Source: Bacilli bacterium
Lineage (GTDB): Bacteria > Bacillota_I > Bacilli_A > RFN20 > CAG-826
Assembly: GCA_035353055.1 (NCBI GenBank)
Contig: DAOPYW010000006.1
Coordinates: 1-54,969, forward strand
Reading direction: 5' to 3'
Length of the DNA stretch: 54,969 nt
Under the pieces are notes generated by a model. It saw only the letters and a program-made list of their open reading frames with translations. It did no database searches and was not told the DNA's origin. Shown here piece by piece: positions 10,257-19,232 of the stretch (within the stretch, counting starts at the first letter, position 1; every line of letters starts with the position of its first letter). A program made the position numbers and the translations under genes.

Positions 10257-10305
10257 CAACTCAATAATAATTCATTTTGTTAACAAAATACATTAAAATG
10301 TGTCT

Positions 10306-10752
10306 ATGAAAATTGCTTTATGCTCAGATAGCCACGGCAATAACCGGGCTCTTGATGAGATCTATAAAAAATTCCCCGATTGCGATTTATACCTCCATGC
10401 TGGAGATAGCGAAACTACCTCTTCCAGCATCTTTCCTTTTGAGACGGTGAAGGGAAATCGCGATTGGGACAATAACTTGCCAGAAAAGTTAATGATCAAC
10501 ACTCCCTATGGAATGCTTTTTATGCAGCACAACCCCATGATCTCATCCGCTTTCTTAAGAAAACATAAGGTGAAAATCTTTGTTTTTGGGCATACCCATG
10601 CTCGAAAATATCAAGTTGAAGATGGGATTGCTTATATCAACCCAGGAGCGATTTCTTTTTCTCGCGATGGAAACGATCTGTCGTTCGCGATTCTCGATAT
10701 TGATGAGCAGGGTGTCAAAGTCAATTTTCACGGTTTACTCGACAAAAAATAA
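10306..10752 (+). CDS. YfcE/YsnB-family metallophosphoesterase
   Basis: SDSHGN, HAGD, KGNRD, FGHTH, NPGA motifs. Confidence 0.88.
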   Translation: MKIALCSDSHGNNRALDEIYKKFPDCDLYLHAGDSETTSSSIFPFETVKGNRDWDNNLPEKLMINTPYGMLFMQHNPMISSAFLRKHKVKIFVFGHTHARKYQVEDGIAYINPGAISFSRDGNDLSFAILDIDEQGVKVNFHGLLDKK

Positions 10753-10794
10753 AATATCTAATATGATTTGTGAAAGATGTAGGGGGATTATCTC

Positions 10795-11655
10795 ATGTAT
10801 CCGGAATACAAAAAAATCAACGACTTCTTGATGTCAGCTTCGCTTGTGATGGAGACGCCGAAGCGAATGCAGGACATTTTCGGTATTCTTTGCAAAAGAA
10901 ACGCCAGCCAAGTAGCGGTTGAATATTACGATATCAAAGGCAAACTCAAGCATTATAAATATAAAAAGATGAAGGTTAACGCTTTGGCGTTTGCCTCCAC
11001 GATAACTAACATTCTTAAAGCCGATGGCTTGCATCATCCGGTGGGACTAAAAGTCGCTAACAATCACCACTGGGGAGAGATCTTCTGGGCTATTCTCATG
11101 GCAGGATATAAACCCTTATTAATCGATGCTAGACTCCCAAAAGAAGCCGCGCAAAATATTCTCAAGCAAAGCCACGCTGTCGCCATCATCACCGATGACA
11201 TTTACAATTACGAAGTCACGAAGATTTCAAGCGATGATCTCACCGATGTTAAATCAGATAATTCTTTTGCTCCCGTTTGGGATGATGAGATCATTTTTTG
11301 CTCCAGCGGCACCACTGGCGATGTGAAATTAATGATTTACAATGGCGAAGCTATCTGCCATCAACTCTGCTGCTCATTAGATATGGCAAAAGAGACGAAA
11401 GAAATCATGTATCCAAAGCAATTTGGCAAAATCAAAATTTTGGCGATGATTCCTTTCCATCATATCTTTGGTTTCGTCGCGGTTTTTCTCTGGTATACCT
11501 TCTACGGAAAAACTCTCGTTTTCCCCAGCTCGATTACTCCGAGTGAAATTCAAAAGATATGCCAAAAAGCTGGCGTCACTCACGTCTACAGCGTGCCATT
11601 ATTCTGGGACAGCCTCGCCTTAAAAAAGAAAAGTCGATCTATTAGAAGGAGATAA
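10795..11655 (+). CDS. N-terminal part of an AMP-binding (acyl-CoA/acyl-ACP synthetase) protein; frameshifted near 11622-11627
   Basis: FCSSGTTGDVK P-loop, PFHHIFG, SVPLFW. Ends abruptly at an A6 run; the +1 frame continues into the next ORF. Confidence 0.8.
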   Translation: MYPEYKKINDFLMSASLVMETPKRMQDIFGILCKRNASQVAVEYYDIKGKLKHYKYKKMKVNALAFASTITNILKADGLHHPVGLKVANNHHWGEIFWAILMAGYKPLLIDARLPKEAAQNILKQSHAVAIITDDIYNYEVTKISSDDLTDVKSDNSFAPVWDDEIIFCSSGTTGDVKLMIYNGEAICHQLCCSLDMAKETKEIMYPKQFGKIKILAMIPFHHIFGFVAVFLWYTFYGKTLVFPSSITPSEIQKICQKAGVTHVYSVPLFWDSLALKKKSRSIRRR

Positions 11656-11677
11656 GAGAGTTCTATTTACTCAATTA

Positions 11678-12781
11678 ATGGAATACAATCTCGGCAAAAT
11701 CACCAAGAGCGAAGCTGGAAAAGCCGGCTGGGATGTCACTCGCAAAGTGATTCAAAAAATGCTCCTTGGTCCAAAGATCAGATTCTGCATTTCGGGTGGA
11801 GGATTTCTCTCCACTGATACCGCTAAAGCAATCAATGGATTAGGATATCCTCTTTGCAACGGCTATGGAATGACTGAGATTGGAGTAACGTCCGTTGAAC
11901 TTTCTAGCGATGTAAAAGAGAGGTTAAAGTGCAGCATTGGAAAACCATTCCATGGTGTCATTTATAAAATCAATGAAAATCACGAGCTTTTAGTTAAATC
12001 TCCTGCCTTGCATGTCCGAGAAATTATCGGCGGTCAAGAGCAGAAGGCTTCTATCGACGAAGATGGCTTTTTCCATACTGGCGATATCGCAGAAATGGAA
12101 GAAGATGGCAGCTACTATCTCAAAGGGAGAATCAAGGATGTCATCATCAATGCCGATGGAGAAAACATATTCCCCGATGAACTCGAAGATGCATTTAAAG
12201 GTCTTCCCCACGTCACTCATCTATGCGTGCTGGGAGTGAAAGCTAAAAGTTCGCACGAAGAAAAGATTGCCCTAGTTTTGGATCTGGACAACGAGGTCAC
12301 TGACGAGCAGCTGGAGTCAGTGAAGGAACAGGTTAAAGAGAGATCAAAACATCTGCCGCACCATGCCAAAATTTCTGAAGTGTATTTAGCAAAGAATAAA
12401 CTCCCATTGGCAAACGGGATAAAAGTCAAGCGATTCATAGTTAAAAAAGCTTTGGAAAGCGATTCGGCTGACTACATCTCAATCAACGCAAAAAAAGAAG
12501 CGAAAAAATTCGATGGATTCGATGAAAAGACCATCAAGGAAATCCTTGTTCCTATGAGAGAAATCTTCTCCAAAGTCCTCGTCTTGTCAGCCTTCAAAAT
12601 CGAAGATGATGCTCACTGGATCGACGATCTCGGAGGAGACTCCATGAACTATGTCGAATTGATTAAAGAAGTGCAAGATAAATTCACGATTGACCTCCCC
12701 GAAGATAAGCTTGGAACGATGACAACCGTCAATGATTTCGTTTATGAAGTGGCCGTTCTCCAAAAGGGAAATGGAAAATAA
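11678..12781 (+). CDS. C-terminal part of the AMP-binding protein, fused to an acyl carrier protein domain
   Basis: SGGG, NGYGMTE, FHTGD, KGRIKDVII; C-terminal DDLGGDSMNYVELIKEVQDKF (phosphopantetheine serine motif). Frame is open from 11624. Confidence 0.82.
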   Translation: MEYNLGKITKSEAGKAGWDVTRKVIQKMLLGPKIRFCISGGGFLSTDTAKAINGLGYPLCNGYGMTEIGVTSVELSSDVKERLKCSIGKPFHGVIYKINENHELLVKSPALHVREIIGGQEQKASIDEDGFFHTGDIAEMEEDGSYYLKGRIKDVIINADGENIFPDELEDAFKGLPHVTHLCVLGVKAKSSHEEKIALVLDLDNEVTDEQLESVKEQVKERSKHLPHHAKISEVYLAKNKLPLANGIKVKRFIVKKALESDSADYISINAKKEAKKFDGFDEKTIKEILVPMREIFSKVLVLSAFKIEDDAHWIDDLGGDSMNYVELIKEVQDKFTIDLPEDKLGTMTTVNDFVYEVAVLQKGNGK

Positions 12782-12850
12782 CACATAAATAATTTGCATT
12801 ATTTCACGACATTTGATAACATAACTACCGATATTGAAAGAGGAACATCT

Positions 12851-13114
12851 ATGGCAAACATAAAATCACAAATTAAACGCATTGAAACAAACGAGAAAGC
12901 CCGCGTTAGAAATTCATCCGCAAAATCAGCGATGAGAACCGCCACTAAAAAAGTTAAGTTAGCAGTTGAAGCTAAGGACTTAGCCAAAGCCGAAGCGGTT
13001 TTAGTGGAAGCTTTCCGCCTTATCGACAAGTCTGTTAGCGATGGCGTCCAACACCAAAACACTGCTGCTCGTCAAAAGGGTGAGTTACAACGTTTAGTTA
13101 ATTCGATTAAATAA
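12851..13114 (+). CDS. rpsT: 30S ribosomal protein S20
   Basis: MANIKSQIKR...HQNTAARQK; ATG 12851 behind AGAGGA; convergent with holA as in Firmicutes. Confidence 0.97.
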   Translation: MANIKSQIKRIETNEKARVRNSSAKSAMRTATKKVKLAVEAKDLAKAEAVLVEAFRLIDKSVSDGVQHQNTAARQKGELQRLVNSIK

Positions 13115-13117
13115 GTT

Positions 13118-14089
13118 TTAGCGATTCTTGAAATTGATTAGAAATAATTCAAATGCATAATAGCGGTCTACGAGACCGCTTTTAATTTGCGTATCTAGCT
13201 CAAATAGATCATCGAGAGTTTGATTGATAGCAGCTTGTGAGATTGAGCGAATGGATCGCATCATAATCTGAGCGCGAATTGGGTTAATATGGAGTTCATT
13301 AGCGATCGCATTGGACTCTAAACCCTTTTTATAAAGGAAAGAAATCTGATTCAACAAGCGAAATTGATTAGCCAGCATACCGATGAGAGTGATTGGCTCC
13401 ACCATCGCCACTTTTAAGTCGCGAAATAGTCCAATTGCCTGGGAATTATTATGTTGAAGGAGATGGTTAAAAATCAAAAAGGCATTGTCCTCTAATGGCC
13501 TATTAACCATTTTAATTACGTCATCATAGGTGATGTGATCGGTGAAAAGCTCTAGAATAGCCACGCTATTTTGAAACAGAGCGACATCTCCAGAAGTCCT
13601 TTGGCTAAGCTCCAATAAAGCCTCATTATCGATTTTTAATTGCTTGAGATCGCGGCAGTAATGGACTGCATAGCTTTTCCATTGATCAGCGGTTGGATCG
13701 ACGATTTCGAAGGTCTTTCCATGCTTTTGAATCATCTGATAGATTTCTCCGCTTTTATCGATGTTGGAAGAGGGGGCGATTAAAATCAAATCGCATTCTT
13801 CTGAAGGCTTTTCGATAAATTTAGTCAGTAGATCGTATTTTTGCTCGCTCTCAATTTTATTCCGTGGTCTAGGCTTCAATAGAAAATAGCATGATTCAAC
13901 CACGACCACCTTGTGATCATATCCCAAAGGCAAAGAATTAGCATCGTCGATGCATTCCTGAATCAATGTGTTGCTGCCATCGTAGCGAACATAATTCATC
14001 TCATCATTATCCGGAAGTCTTTCTTTGATAATGGCAGCAAGCCTTTTTTTAATCGTGGGTGTTTGGTTCCCAAATATCAAATAAACCAT
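13118..14089 (-). CDS. holA: DNA polymerase III delta subunit
   Basis: LIQECIDDANSLPLG, EPITLIGMLANQFR, LDTQIKSG; comEC-holA-rpsT synteny. Confidence 0.9.
   Translation of the reverse strand: MVYLIFGNQTPTIKKRLAAIIKERLPDNDEMNYVRYDGSNTLIQECIDDANSLPLGYDHKVVVVESCYFLLKPRPRNKIESEQKYDLLTKFIEKPSEECDLILIAPSSNIDKSGEIYQMIQKHGKTFEIVDPTADQWKSYAVHYCRDLKQLKIDNEALLELSQRTSGDVALFQNSVAILELFTDHITYDDVIKMVNRPLEDNAFLIFNHLLQHNNSQAIGLFRDLKVAMVEPITLIGMLANQFRLLNQISFLYKKGLESNAIANELHINPIRAQIMMRSIRSISQAAINQTLDDLFELDTQIKSGLVDRYYAFELFLINFKNR
13162..13183 (+). terminator. Probable rpsT terminator embedded in the holA 3' coding region
   Basis: AGCGGTCT/AGACCGCT 8 bp stem followed by Ts, about 48 nt after the rpsT stop. Confidence 0.6.
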
Positions 14090-14109
14090 GTAAACATTAT
14101 GACAAAAAA

Positions 14110-16122
14110 CTACATAAAAATGTAGTTGAAATAATCAATTGTTCCTTCAAGGTCAGTTCGCCTGATCGACACATCGGCCTTTTTTAATATATTTAGGACT
14201 TGATTTGATGGGTGGCCATAATAATTAAAGCCGACGGATATAATAGCTTCCTTAGGGCTTAAAAACTTAATGAACGGATAGGATGTCGATGTGCTTGATC
14301 CGTGATGCCCAATTTTCAATACATCGCAAGGAATGTGAGAGTAATCCTTCATCATTTTCTTTTCGATGGCAATGGGGGCATCTCCCATGATAAGAAAGTC
14401 TCGCTTCATAAAGCGAAAACCCAAGACCAAAGATTGCTCATTCTCATCTGAGTTTGTGGCAATGTGCTGATTGTAGTTCTCAATTGTGATATTTCCATAG
14501 CAAAAAGGAAAATCCTCAGCTTTATGAATATAGTTTCTAATTCGAAAATTATCTTGGAGAGAATCAAGCGATCCTGAATGGTCAAAATCATCGTGGGTCG
14601 TAATCACATAATCAATATCGTATATTTTCTGCTTTTTAAAATATGGAATCAGACAGTCCTTGGCGATGTCGCGATAAATTGACCCACCAGTATCAATTAA
14701 GATGGTTTTGTTTTGCTCTCGTATTAAACACGCATCGCCTTGGCCGACATTAATGAAAGACACTTGGTTGCTTGTCACATTGCGGAAGGGAACGAGATAA
14801 ATGAGCAAGAAGCTCAATAAAGTTATGCTAATAGGCCGATAAATAATGCGGAAGCCATTGGCTAAATAGTAGATGAATGCTCCGTATAGGAAATAGTAAA
14901 TAAGCACCATCCAGTCTCGCATTTCTCCGGCATGAATCTCTATTTTTAAAAAAGATATGGGCTTGATGATATAAGTAATTAGCAACCCAAAGAAATTAAC
15001 AACTGGATAAATTGGCAAGCCGTAAAATGACAAAAGAGAGGATCCTCCTAATAGCAGAAAAAGCGGGGTAAGAATGACTTGTGCAATGGGGCTTAGTAAA
15101 GAAACGGATTGGTAGTATTTCAGCTCAAAAGGAAGAAAAAAGACCAATAGAAAAGCAGTCTCGATCATTTTCTTTGGGTATTTTGTGAAACGATCAGTAA
15201 TCTTATTAATAAAAGTGAAGAAAATAGGAATGCCGAATCCAAGAATGAAACTGTCTTGATAGGCTAAGAAAGGATTCAGCAAAAGAAAGAGCGAACCAAC
15301 TATGCCGATGACTGAATGATTTGAAAAGTAATTTTTAAGAGCATAGTGATTCAGCCATCTCGCCAAGCTCATCACCAAGATTCGAATAATCGTAAAGCGC
15401 GGAAAAGTAAAAATGCCATAAAAAGTGAGAAAAAATAGAGGCAAAAACTTCGCCCACTTTTCTTTTAGTTTAAAACTCAGCAAAAATTCCAAACAGCGGA
15501 GGAAAAAATAAATGTAAACGCCACTGGCTGATACCAAGGTAGCTAGATGTAAATCTCCAATTCTCTCTACTGATCCTGTTTCATCTTTATTAGAAAATAA
15601 GATTGCGTCGATCAAACTTTTTGTATTTTTATCAAAATGAGATAAAAACCACTTTCGGTAAAACTTAAGCCGGATAGGATTCTTGAAATTAACGGAAATT
15701 TTCTTTGGATATAAACGATATTTGACACCTCGATGATTGAGAAAGGATTCAAAGTTAAAACTCGACTCAATTTGAGTAAAGCTTAAGTCTTGCTTGTCTC
15801 CCACTATCGATAGATAATCACCGATCTCATAGTCATGATCTTTAACATAGCAATAAAGTCTCTCCCCTCCCGAAAGAATCAGAAAATAATTGTCTTTTGA
15901 TTCATAGACAAATCCTTCATATCTCTCGCGTTTCAAATCGATTGATAGATAGCTATAGGCTATCCCCACAGCTGAAATGATAACCGCAAAAAACAATATT
16001 TTCTTACCGTGCCTTTTGCCGATGAAAATTAATAAGAAGAGAATGACTATGCCAAAAATCACGAAGCTGTATTTCCAGGATAGTCCGAGCCAAAAGGCAA
16101 TGAATAAGAGGAGAATAACCAC
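14110..16122 (-). CDS. comEC: Competence DNA uptake channel ComEC with C-terminal metallo-beta-lactamase domain
   Basis: HLATLVSASG competence domain, FINVGQGDA, DTGG, THDDFDHSG, KIGHHGS; GTG start overlapping the comEA stop. Confidence 0.92.
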   Translation of the reverse strand: MVILLLFIAFWLGLSWKYSFVIFGIVILFLLIFIGKRHGKKILFFAVIISAVGIAYSYLSIDLKRERYEGFVYESKDNYFLILSGGERLYCYVKDHDYEIGDYLSIVGDKQDLSFTQIESSFNFESFLNHRGVKYRLYPKKISVNFKNPIRLKFYRKWFLSHFDKNTKSLIDAILFSNKDETGSVERIGDLHLATLVSASGVYIYFFLRCLEFLLSFKLKEKWAKFLPLFFLTFYGIFTFPRFTIIRILVMSLARWLNHYALKNYFSNHSVIGIVGSLFLLLNPFLAYQDSFILGFGIPIFFTFINKITDRFTKYPKKMIETAFLLVFFLPFELKYYQSVSLLSPIAQVILTPLFLLLGGSSLLSFYGLPIYPVVNFFGLLITYIIKPISFLKIEIHAGEMRDWMVLIYYFLYGAFIYYLANGFRIIYRPISITLLSFLLIYLVPFRNVTSNQVSFINVGQGDACLIREQNKTILIDTGGSIYRDIAKDCLIPYFKKQKIYDIDYVITTHDDFDHSGSLDSLQDNFRIRNYIHKAEDFPFCYGNITIENYNQHIATNSDENEQSLVLGFRFMKRDFLIMGDAPIAIEKKMMKDYSHIPCDVLKIGHHGSSTSTSYPFIKFLSPKEAIISVGFNYYGHPSNQVLNILKKADVSIRRTDLEGTIDYFNYIFM

Positions 16123-16649
16123 TACTTCAAAGTGACGTAATTTCTAATTTTTCGATAAGTGGCATTGCCAATTCCATACACATCCATCAAATCTTCAAGA
16201 GTTTCAAAAGAGCCATTCTCATTGCGATAGCTGACAATCGAATTCGCCACTGTGGTAGTAATACCGGTGACAATGGTCATCTCTTCAGCACCATCATCAT
16301 TAATGTTGATTTTGATGATAGGCTTATCGTTGCATACATCGGATACATCGTACTTTGGCGAGATGTAATAGGTATCTCCAATAGTTAGTTCAGCAGTATC
16401 TAAATAAGCTAGGTTGTCGGCATTGCTAGTGACTCCTCCCGCTGCTTCGATGAGGTCAGCCATCGTCACCAAACCGCTAATTTTGTAAGTTCCTTCCTTG
16501 CTAATTTCGCCTTCGATGGAATAGGAATTAGTGGAATCTACTTCCGCGACATTGCCGCTATTGTTGTTGGACAGCTTTGGGTCAAGGAGCAAAAAGCCAC
16601 CGATGACAATAAAAGCGACGATCACTACCCCGATAATAATTTTAATCAT
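16122..16649 (-). CDS. comEA: Competence DNA receptor ComEA
   Basis: N-terminal TM helix, SLBB-like domain (EGEISKEGTY...DLIEAAGG), HhH (ININ...GSFETLEDLMDVYGIG). Confidence 0.9.
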   Translation of the reverse strand: MIKIIIGVVIVAFIVIGGFLLLDPKLSNNNSGNVAEVDSTNSYSIEGEISKEGTYKISGLVTMADLIEAAGGVTSNADNLAYLDTAELTIGDTYYISPKYDVSDVCNDKPIIKININDDGAEEMTIVTGITTTVANSIVSYRNENGSFETLEDLMDVYGIGNATYRKIRNYVTLK

Positions 16650-16651
16650 TT

Positions 16652-16677
16652 AAAAAACCTCCTATTTATTAGGAGGC
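16652..16677 (-). terminator. greA terminator whose 3' arm is the comEA Shine-Dalgarno
   Basis: Minus strand GCCTCCTA-ATAAA-TAGGAGG-TTTTTT-AAATG. Confidence 0.7.
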
Positions 16678-16709
16678 TTTAGAATTTAATATTTTGGAAA
16701 AAGAAACGA

Positions 16710-17201
16710 CTATTTAGAATCTTTTCCGTTTTCGCTAGTTTCAATTCGGAGAATTTCGACTTTATAAGGCTTTTGACCTTTGACTTCCACTAGTTCGCCG
16801 ACGGATTTGCCGACAATGGCTTCGCCGAGAGGGCAGACGTTGGAGATAACTCCGTTGAATGGATCGCTCTCGATGGTGCCGAGAATCTTATAGCGTTGTT
16901 CGCTGCCAGTGGATAGGACTTTGATGGTGACGGTTGAACCGAGGGCAACGCGATTGGTGTGCTTTGATTCTTCGATGATTTCCGCTGTCTCTAAAATATC
17001 TTCGATTTGTTTAATTCTAGCTTCGACTTCAGCTTGTTTGTTTCTCGCGGCATCATAGTCAGCATTTTCGCTCAAGTCGCCCTGAGCCCTTGCTTCAGCA
17101 AGCTGAGCCTTGACTTCGTCTCTCGTCACATCGATTAAAGTGCGGAGTTCTTCTTGCAACTTTTGATAGCCAACTTTCGTTATTTTTAATCTTTCGTTCA
17201 T
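16710..17201 (-). CDS. greA: Transcription elongation factor GreA
   Basis: EARAQGDLSENADYDAA, ISNVCPLGEAIVG. ATG 17201 is best spaced from the GAGGG RBS. Confidence 0.96.
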   Translation of the reverse strand: MNERLKITKVGYQKLQEELRTLIDVTRDEVKAQLAEARAQGDLSENADYDAARNKQAEVEARIKQIEDILETAEIIEESKHTNRVALGSTVTIKVLSTGSEQRYKILGTIESDPFNGVISNVCPLGEAIVGKSVGELVEVKGQKPYKVEILRIETSENGKDSK

Positions 17202-17309
17202 ATGCATTCCCTCTTTATTTATTATTAAATAAGCATGCGTTATTATAGCAAGAGGCTAGAACAATTTCCATAGTTTATTTAACTGATATATTTATATATA
17301 ATATAAGAC

Positions 17310-17915
17310 ATGCCGAAAAAGAATCGCTTTGCCACCCTAGTTAATCTGTTTCTGACCTTCATGAAAATTGGGGCAGTTACTTTTGGCGGTGGCTATGCCA
17401 TGATTTCAATTATCGAAAGGGAAGTCGTCGAAAAGAACCATTGGATTGACCAGAGCACGATGTTTGATGTCTTATCCATCAGCGAGTCTACTCCCGGCCC
17501 GATTTCGGTCAATACTGCCACGTTCGTGGGGTATCGAGTGGGTGGCTTTTGGGGCAGCTTCTTCGCTACTCTGGGATTAGTCATGCCTTCCTTTATCGTG
17601 ATTCTTTTAATCTCCTTTTTTTACCAAACGTTCTTATCATGGGATATCGTCAGCGCCGCTTTTTTAGGCATTCGTTCAGGCGTTATTGTTTTGCTGATTG
17701 ATGCGGTGCTAAAGCTACGCAAAATCGTGAAGCTAACTCAGCTGACGATCGCTTTATTTTCTCTGACCACCATCCTCACTTTTCTTTCCTTTTTCTTTGA
17801 CATAAATCTCAATATTGGCAGCTTTAGATTGTCGCTTTCCATCATGCTCATTCTTTTAGGAATGGTCATTGGCATCGTCGCTACCGCTTTGAATAAAGGA
17901 GAACAAAAAAGATGA
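17310..17915 (+). CDS. chrA: Short-chain chromate transporter (CHR family), first subunit
   Basis: KIGAVTFGGGYAM, SESTPGPISVNTATFVG. Confidence 0.88.
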   Translation: MPKKNRFATLVNLFLTFMKIGAVTFGGGYAMISIIEREVVEKNHWIDQSTMFDVLSISESTPGPISVNTATFVGYRVGGFWGSFFATLGLVMPSFIVILLISFFYQTFLSWDIVSAAFLGIRSGVIVLLIDAVLKLRKIVKLTQLTIALFSLTTILTFLSFFFDINLNIGSFRLSLSIMLILLGMVIGIVATALNKGEQKR

Positions 17916-18493
17916 TTTTCCTTGAATTATTCTACGTTTTCTTTTTAATTGGCTTATTTACTTTTGGCGGTGGCTATGGAATGATTGCCCTGATTCAAGA
18001 GCAAGTTGTGGCGCGAAATTGGATTACTGATGCCGGCATTGCTGATTTCATCGCTATCAGCGAGTCAACTCCTGGGCCCTTTGCTATCAATATTGCGACT
18101 TTTGTCGGGTCTCAAGTGGGTGGAATTTTCGGAGCATTCTGCGCCACTATGGGTGTTGTTTTACCATCATTTATTGTCATATTGATCATTGCCTTAATCA
18201 TGAAGAAATTTCTCAACAATCGCTTTGTAAAAGGCGCTTTATCAGGAGTTCGCCCAATCGTCCTAGGTCTTATCTTTGCTACTGCTTTGATCTTTATGCT
18301 GAAGCTCGTTATTTCCTCCACAAATACTGAAGGATATGCTTTTACTTCTACCTATCGCGAATCAATAGTAATATTCGTAATGGTTTTTAGTTTTTATTTT
18401 GCCTATAAGCACTTTAAAAAGAAAAGCCCTCACCCCATCGCAATTCTCGCAATAAGCGCAGTGTTAGGAATCTTGGTATTCTGGGTATTATAA
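17912..18493 (+). CDS. chrA: Short-chain chromate transporter (CHR family), second subunit
   Basis: IGLFTFGGGYGM, SESTPGPFAINIATFVG; ATGA overlap with its paralog. Confidence 0.88.
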   Translation: MIFLELFYVFFLIGLFTFGGGYGMIALIQEQVVARNWITDAGIADFIAISESTPGPFAINIATFVGSQVGGIFGAFCATMGVVLPSFIVILIIALIMKKFLNNRFVKGALSGVRPIVLGLIFATALIFMLKLVISSTNTEGYAFTSTYRESIVIFVMVFSFYFAYKHFKKKSPHPIAILAISAVLGILVFWVL

Positions 18494-18524
18494 AGAAAAG
18501 GTGAGATTTCACCTTTCTTTTTTT
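18494..18524. terminator. Bidirectional terminator between the chr pair and the DUF1292 gene
   Basis: AAAGGTGA/TCACCTTT stem flanked by an A-run and a T-run, between convergent genes. Confidence 0.75.
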
Positions 18525-18541
18525 GTTATATAAACTATTGA

Positions 18542-18808
18542 TTAGGATTCTTTGATGGCGGGATCTTCGTTGAAGGCATTGAAAACTTCTTCGACCTCTT
18601 CGTATTCTTCGTCGTCTTCAATCTCGATCAGTTCGCCCTCTTCGTTATATCGCATCGCGATGACTTCTTCGGGGTGCTCTGGATCATAAAAGAACACATA
18701 TGAGGTTTTGCGAACTGGGTGATCGTAAGTGAAAAGAATCTCCATGATATGTTCTTTTCCCTCGCTGTCAGTTATGATGATATGGTTGTCTATTTTTTTA
18801 TTTTCCAT
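18542..18808 (-). CDS. DUF1292 (YrzB-like) acidic protein
   Basis: IIITDSEGKEH...IEDDEEYEEVEEVFNAF; conserved alaS-ruvX-DUF1292 order. Confidence 0.85.
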   Translation of the reverse strand: MENKKIDNHIIITDSEGKEHIMEILFTYDHPVRKTSYVFFYDPEHPEEVIAMRYNEEGELIEIEDDEEYEEVEEVFNAFNEDPAIKES

Positions 18809-19232
18809 GATTGAATTCCTTTGTGCGTATGTACGTATCTAGAATAACACAGGCAGCGATTTTATCGACATTTTGTTTTCTCTGCTCGTGGCTCATTCCT
18901 CGGGCGCTGATGGTGTCGTGAGCCGTGACGCTCGATAATCTTTCGTCCACCATCGCAATTCTTAGATTAGGATTAGCGGCTAATAAGTCATCGCGGAAGC
19001 GCATAGCGTTATTGGCCATGTCGCTCATCTGACCGCTTAGGTGAAGAGGAAGGCCGAGAGCGATCTCTTCAATCTCTAACTCTTCGACTAGTTTCAAGAC
19101 ATGTTGGCGAGCGATGATATATTGATTTTTGGGAAAGCGAAAAGTCTCTACTCCATGGACAAAGCCTAAGCTGTCGCTTTGGGCAATGCCGAGTGTGGTC
19201 GTCCCTAAATCAAGTCCTAAAATCTTTTTCAT
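18798..19232 (-). CDS. ruvX: YqgF/RuvX-family nuclease (pre-16S rRNA processing)
   Basis: ILGLDLGTTTLGIAQSD, GLPL, VDERLSS, DKIAACVIL. Confidence 0.93.
   Translation of the reverse strand: MKKILGLDLGTTTLGIAQSDSLGFVHGVETFRFPKNQYIIARQHVLKLVEELEIEEIALGLPLHLSGQMSDMANNAMRFRDDLLAANPNLRIAMVDERLSSVTAHDTISARGMSHEQRKQNVDKIAACVILDTYIRTKEFNHGK

Noticed and set aside
11622-11645. Programmed -1 frameshift at A_AAA_AAG
   Set aside because: The -1 frame stops at TAG 11643-11645; joining the ORFs needs +1.
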